A stretch of 55,522 bases of DNA, counting the filler, from Platydemus manokwari (Eukaryota), in the NCBI GenBank assembly GCA_037951405.1. It is 5 parts of 5 records of this genome, joined end to end, with 100 filler letters (N's around TTAATTAATTAA, not from the genome) between each part and the next. Parts side by side here need not be neighbours in the genome. Positions count along the whole stretch, not along the records: positions 45,748 to 55,522 come from JBBMOY011205988.1; 4 more parts are not named here. One strand, given 5' to 3'. A model generated the notes under the pieces. The model ran no database searches. It saw only the letters and a program-made list of their open reading frames with translations, and had not been told where the DNA came from. Position 1 is the stretch's first letter. Each line of letters opens with the position of its first letter. This document shows positions 49,620-55,522 of this stretch, one piece after another. A program made the position numbers and the translations under genes.

Positions 49620-50190
49620 CTGGGCTTAAGTTAAAAAAGGATCCTAAAATGAAATTTTAAATTTTTTGAATGTATTGCAAAATTCTATCTAGTTTATTTA
49701 ATTATATTCTTTAAAAACATTTTGAATTTTTTATTTAAGTACTTAAGAAGAATTTTAGTTATCTAAAATCAAATATGAAATTCATTAGAGGTTCAAAATC
49801 TCCGAAAATTTGATTATCTCAAAAAGGGATCAAAGTAGGTCGGATTGCAATTTATTGAAAATTAGAACATTAGAAGCAAATTAAGAGATATTCTAAATTT
49901 TAACAATTATTTGATAAAAATAACCAATGATTTTATTAAACATGTTTGTTGTTACCTAACTCAAGTTATAATTATTAATTTATAAACTCAAATAATCATA
50001 TAGAAGTGTTGTGATTAGAATAAGAACTTGGGTTTAAAACTATGTTTTGTCACTGTAAGACATCAGAAAAAGTGAGATATTAACTGAATTATGCGAATAA
50101 ATCAAATATAACAGTTATATGTAAAATAAAGTTATGAAATTATCTCATGCGCGAAATTCCAGGTCAAGGGACCCTTTTTCTTAACCTAAG
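49620..50190 (+). repeat. Repeat family R1, copy 3
   Basis: Aligns with 16985-17450 and 13860-14325. Ends ctcatgcgcgaaattccaggtcaagggaccctttttcttaacctaa like copy 2. Confidence 0.85.
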
Positions 50191-51547
50191 CCAATTTTAA
50201 AATACCTATATAGTTTATCCAATTAAATAAACAAGATTAAAAAAATGAACCTCAATTGTATCAGTGATAATATTATTTCTTTAAAATTATGTTGAGTGTT
50301 TGTAATATTTATTATTTATTTTATAAAGTTATTGTAAATAAACTAAAGAAAAATTTTAATCGAAATTTCAAAGAAAAAGGATGCATAACTCTAATTTAAT
50401 TATTCTTCATGAAATAAGAATTGACATTAATAATAATAGCAAATAAGAAATATTATATATTCTTGATAATTCACGACCTGTTCATGCCTTTTCATCGATT
50501 TTTTGTAAAGTTTTTCGGTAAAAAATCGGTAGCTATTGAAATAGCTATTGGAGCGGTTTTCAGTATTTCTCTTTGGTAGTAAGTAAAGAAAATGATTAAT
50601 ACTAGGAACACGAACTGAGTCTTCACTTTCTTCTTCGTGTTTTTGACATTTTATTTTAATATGATACCTCCAAGTGTACTGACTTCAAACGTAGATCACG
50701 CTATCTTTGAACGAAAGTGACGCTAGGCACCAACTTTTATAAGTTCTTTTTCTCCATTTTCGATTACATAAAAATAATTTTCATCTTCAGATGACAATTC
50801 CGAATGTATGTTTAGCTGCTTACAGCTTCGAATTGCCCATTGAGTAAAAGTAATTCCTCTGTATTGTAGGCAAATAAACTTTAGACACAGTAGTATTAAT
50901 AGGATTAATTAAATAGTAGGATTAATTTATTGATCAAAATATTATTAAACAGGTCTTCTAAATACAGTTCAAAAGTAACTTATGATTATTTTTCACATAT
51001 TCTTGAAAAAATACCAAGTAAAAAAAATAAAAATTATTTTATTATCACTTCAAAAAAGGTTCAATTTGATTTGTTAGGTTTCTGGAATAGCAGCAAGATA
51101 TTTGATTACAATTAGCTACGATAGATTGGCAGTTCTCACTTCACTACTTATGCTTGACGACAAAAGCCATTCCTATCTACAAATGAATCTAAGATGAGTC
51201 AAAGATTGATTTAAATTTTTATTAACTCTAATTTATTTTCAAATAATGTAAATCAGTTTTAGTAAACCCAGTTGATATAATTATTTTTCCTTGTTCAGAT
51301 GAGTTGCCGTAATACACGAATTTGAAAGCATTATATTTCTAATCATTATATAATAATAAATATCTAAATACTCGTGGGGTAGTTCATCAAAATCACGAAA
51401 AAAATATTTTTCAACCACGGCAAATCAAAATCCATAGAATAGTGCCAGTTGAATCGATATAATATTTTTTGTTTTCGATAAAAAGTTATTATTAACAATA
51501 TAAATTATTATCAATTAAAGTTAATATCAGTCCAAATATTCAGATAT

Positions 51548-54500
51548 TTATTCTTCATTATCATCATCGCTGTCACTACAAGAATGTATATCAAGCTTTT
51601 CAAGATAAGTCTCTATTTTTTGAGAACGATTTATTTCAAATGGCAATCTTCCTGCCAACTCCAAACTGAAAATAATATTAGATCCATTCAACACAAATGC
51701 CAACAAAGTATCGTCAAAGCAAGTGCTAAATGAATGGATTTTTTGGTCTGGTTGGAATTTGCTTATGAAATCCAATTGATCCTTATTAATGTCCCAAATT
51801 TGAAAACTGTATCCATTGAAGATTAATAAAATCTTTTCGTTCTGTAAGAATTGTATTTCAAATTCATTAGTATCATCTGTAGAACAAATACCTTCACTTC
51901 TAGGAAGTAGATGACAAGAATTAGAAATGGTTTTCCACACGATTGCACCAACATTCCTTTCTACGAAAACAATTACAGTCGATGATTTGTTTATTGCAAC
52001 TGCTAATACATCGTTTTCCATTCGCAAATACATTGTTTGTGTTTCACTTTGCGTATCCCACAAGGATAAACCAGCAGTGGCTAATTTATCATTAAAATTA
52101 TTTTGAACCAAATAATGTCCGTCGAATGTAATAGCTGAAACATTTAAATCCAAATGGGTAAAATTACCCTCCAATGTTTTGCTGTGACATTTGTCTGTCA
52201 AAGAAAACACACAGAGAAATGAAACAAAATATGATGCTATCAAAGTGGAACAATCTCCCGAAATGAGAATTTTGTCAATCACTAAATCATGAATATTCGA
52301 TCTCAAACTCAGTGGTTGTAACGGGGGATCATCACAATCATCAACAGATGAATTGGACTTATCAATAAATAGAAGGGCTGGATCGGGTTTGATTCGCCAT
52401 TGAATCTCACCAGTGATTAGATTCCATGAAACGATGTGCGATCTATTATCGGACAATCCAACAAGTAAATCTTCGTTTAAAACGATGTACTCATTTCTTC
52501 TGCAAGGATATATGGAAACATCTCTCTTTTCTCTAATAAATTTTCCGCATGTCAAATCAAATATTCTAATGAGCTGATAAACATTTTTACAATCAGGAAC
52601 AAAAGTAGAAAATAATTTCTCCGAAAGAATAATTAACTTATCCTTATAGGGCAATATAACATCATCAGTAGAGGCTATATCGGTATAACTACAGGTCTTA
52701 GCACCCGCTCGGTTATTTCTCATCATGTTATATACCTCGATTAAGGAATTATTTTGATTAATCATAAAAATATACTGACTATTCAATTCATATTTCCATA
52801 TGCGATGACTATTTCGTTGGTTAATGGATTTACTTTGTAAAGCTGTTTGGATATTGACCTTATAAATGTCTCTGGATTGTCTGGAAAATACAAATGTTCT
52901 AGCGAAATCTTTAGCTTCACACAAGTCGAACATATTCTCTAATTCAGAACAATGTTTATGTTCCTCTGTCTCAAGATTCCATATTGATATATCAGAAATA
53001 TTCATTTTCTCATTCCCATTCGAACTAATTGCATGAGACCCAACGCTATTAACAGAAAGGCTTCTTATACAATCCAAAATGCACCCAGTTATCCGTCGAA
53101 TATTTTGTAAATTGACAACATCGAACAGTTCTAGATAATAGATAACCAAAGCAGATTCGGAATTGGAAAATCCCCTGGTACACAAAATATAATAGTTGGT
53201 AGAAATAGTTACATCAGTTATTGAAGAGCTTTCTTCTTTGCAAATCAGTGATTTTGGATTAATTTCACCCCTTCTTATATCTATTAAAAAGGCTTTGTTA
53301 TCAAATTTAACAGCGGTCAAAGCAAGGAAATTATTGCATTTGATCGATACATTAATTTTGCCCTCGTTGTTTATTGAAGTATCCATAGGTAGGAGTTTCG
53401 AAAAAATCAATTCTAATGATTCGAAATTCCAAGTTGCTATTCGAAAAGTTCCATGGAAGAAAGCACAAAATAAAGATCTATCAGTTGAGACTGTTAAACA
53501 ATATAGATCGACTTTAATAGGTATTTGAACTAATAAGATCTTTTCCATAATATCCCAAATTTCAATGGCTTCTGATAAGGCCGTGATTAGTTTATCGTTA
53601 CTGTGATTGAGAATCATTTGGAAAACATCATTACCAATACCAGGAATAATGGTATCAACAATATTTCGAGCTATATTCCAGATATACAATATACCTTTAT
53701 TAGTTGATATGAACAATTTAGTGCAGGATTCATTTACCAGAACACAAGTTATTGTTCCAAACCAAATACTTACGATCTTAGTCAAGAATAAACCAGACGA
53801 TTTCATACAAGTCTTAGAGGGGATTAAAACTGATAACCAATCATTATTAGGTATTGATTTGATCAATTCACACAAATTGACGTACTTGCGCAATTCTTTC
53901 GAAGCCAAGTCGTTTCGTATGACATCTGTCATTCGTCCGAGAATTTGACTGCCGAGCATCAATGGATCCTTTGCTAAAGTATCTTCACTAAGTTGGATGA
54001 CATTCAAAAATAATTGATATTCGACATCTTCTGGTTCCATTTCGCTTGCTAACTTGATAAGATTGACAACATATGTAACACCATAATTAATCATAGCAGC
54101 TTGTAACCAGTAGAAGTTAAAGATACAGATGTGCTTCAAAAGTCTGTGATTTTGCAGTTGTATTAAATGATAAGGAAGCTGTGAGATCTTTCGATGATTG
54201 AATTGTGATTCATGAAAAGAGAGTTTCAGATCAAATATTAGATTTTGTTTCATAATAAACGATGGAAAGTTTGGGAAAAGAATTTCATTTTCTGATAATC
54301 TTTCAAATATTTTTCGATCGACATTATTATTTGTGAAATAGAAACTCACTGACTGATGATACGAGGCTGCTTTATCTTTCTGTAACAAATATCTCGCTGT
54401 AGCAGCCTTTTCGTATGGTAAGCATAGCCACTTAATAAACTGAAAATTCAATTCATTGTAAAATATTCCCAACATATCATCCAATTCATTGAATACACAT

Positions 54501-55068
54501 CTTATTAAGGTGTATGCATATAACACATGATCAGTGATGTCAAGTGAAGTTTTTAAATATCTCTGAACGGCTTCATCAATCGTCATTAAATCCATGAGTT
54601 CGTTTAAAGAGACACCATTTTGAAAACATGAGATGTACCCGAGTAGTCTCTTAATAATTGGTTCTCCAAATTGATCTTCTAACATTACAAAATGACTGGC
54701 TATATTCTGTTCCAATTTGGTGCCTAGTTTAAGAGTCGATGTGGTTAAACCGAATGGTTTTACTATTCTAAGATTGGATAAAATTAACCCTATCGACTGG
54801 CCTAAATCTGCATGAGTTTTTATTGCTTCCTTTTGTTGATCATTCCAAGATTTACTATGCATTTTAATAAATTGATTTATGAGACATTCTACACTACTTA
54901 AACATAAAGGAGGAATTGAAAATGTTGTCATCGATTTCTGATTAGATTCCATATAATTTACCAAACATTCATATGATGCAGTAGTTTGATCACATGTTAG
55001 AATTAAGGTAAACTTTTTCTCCTTTATTGGTAGCCAATTGATTTTAGAAATTGAGTCGGATTTAAGGT
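51548..55068 (-). CDS. NACHT and WD40 repeat protein (NWD1/NWD2-like); 3521-nt terminal exon, 5' exons unresolved or outside the window
   Basis: The frame stays open to a tttcAG acceptor at 55069-55070, adding LKSDSISKINWLP...LILT. Family motifs LEDQFG....LLGYI.....GVS.NELMDL..DE, AATARYL, FNHRKISQLPYHL and FNFYWLQA are followed by many degenerate WD40 repeats. Confidence 0.85.
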
Positions 55069-55522
55069 CTGAAATATTTTAATAAAAATTACTTTGAAAA
55101 TTATATCAAAAGAATGAGAAAATACAGATAATATAACCTAATAAAATTATATATATTTGAGAATATTTCTACTTTAATTAATTTTAAAAAGATTTAAATT
55201 TTTAACCCCAATTATAAGTAAAATATAATAAGATAATTAATAATAATGACTAAAAATCAATAAAAATCAATAAACAGATTAAAATTATTATAAAATATTT
55301 TATGGCATTTAAAATTAATAAATCAAATAATAATTGTTTAGATTAAAATAAATTAAGTAGTCCATAAATAATAAAGGTTGAACTCAATAATAAATTTAAA
55401 GGTGAAAATAACAATGTTCAACTATTACCTAAAATTAGAATATATAAACAGTATGCTCATACCGTAATAAGTTTGAATAAGCGGATGCATACAGACGTGT
55501 ATAGAGAGTGAGATAAATCTTT

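Noticed and set aside
53196-53948. Plus-strand ORFs of 110 and 113 aa
   Set aside because: Antisense shadows of the NACHT-WD40 exon.
55410-55522. Possible upstream exon(s) of the NACHT-WD40 gene
   Set aside because: A GT donor exists near 55462, but I could not establish a frame-consistent, motif-supported junction.

Overview
Very AT-rich animal genomic DNA. The window is at least five contigs joined by artificial 100-nt linkers (44 N + TTAATTAATTAA + 44 N), so adjacency across the linkers is not trustworthy. Most introns are 40-60 nt with degenerate splice signals, as in compact invertebrate genomes; an orthonectid such as Intoshia is a guess only. Three spliced genes were reconstructed by hand: UBE2S (4 exons, minus), cyclin C (10 exons, plus) and a fibrillar collagen (13 exons, plus). 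There is also an intronless putative secreted protein and the 3.5-kb terminal exon of an NWD1/NWD2-like NACHT-WD40 gene. The rest is largely decayed mobile DNA: mariner ends, Gypsy pol, hAT, pogo, PIF/Harbinger, a Maverick/Polinton integrase, a virus-type tryptophan-repeat relic and AT-rich dispersed repeats. The strongest novelty candidates are three. (1) A roughly 310-420 nt multi-helix structured RNA candidate lies antisense inside UBE2S intron 3 and matches no RNA family I recognise. (2) The collagen has exactly 338 triplets plus a central Gly->Ala change and an 8-aa insertion, a minimal furin-type N-terminus, and a C-propeptide lacking both interchain cysteines. (3) Polinton/virus-like relics sit among long inverted repeats. 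All family assignments come from motif recognition by eye; no searches were run.
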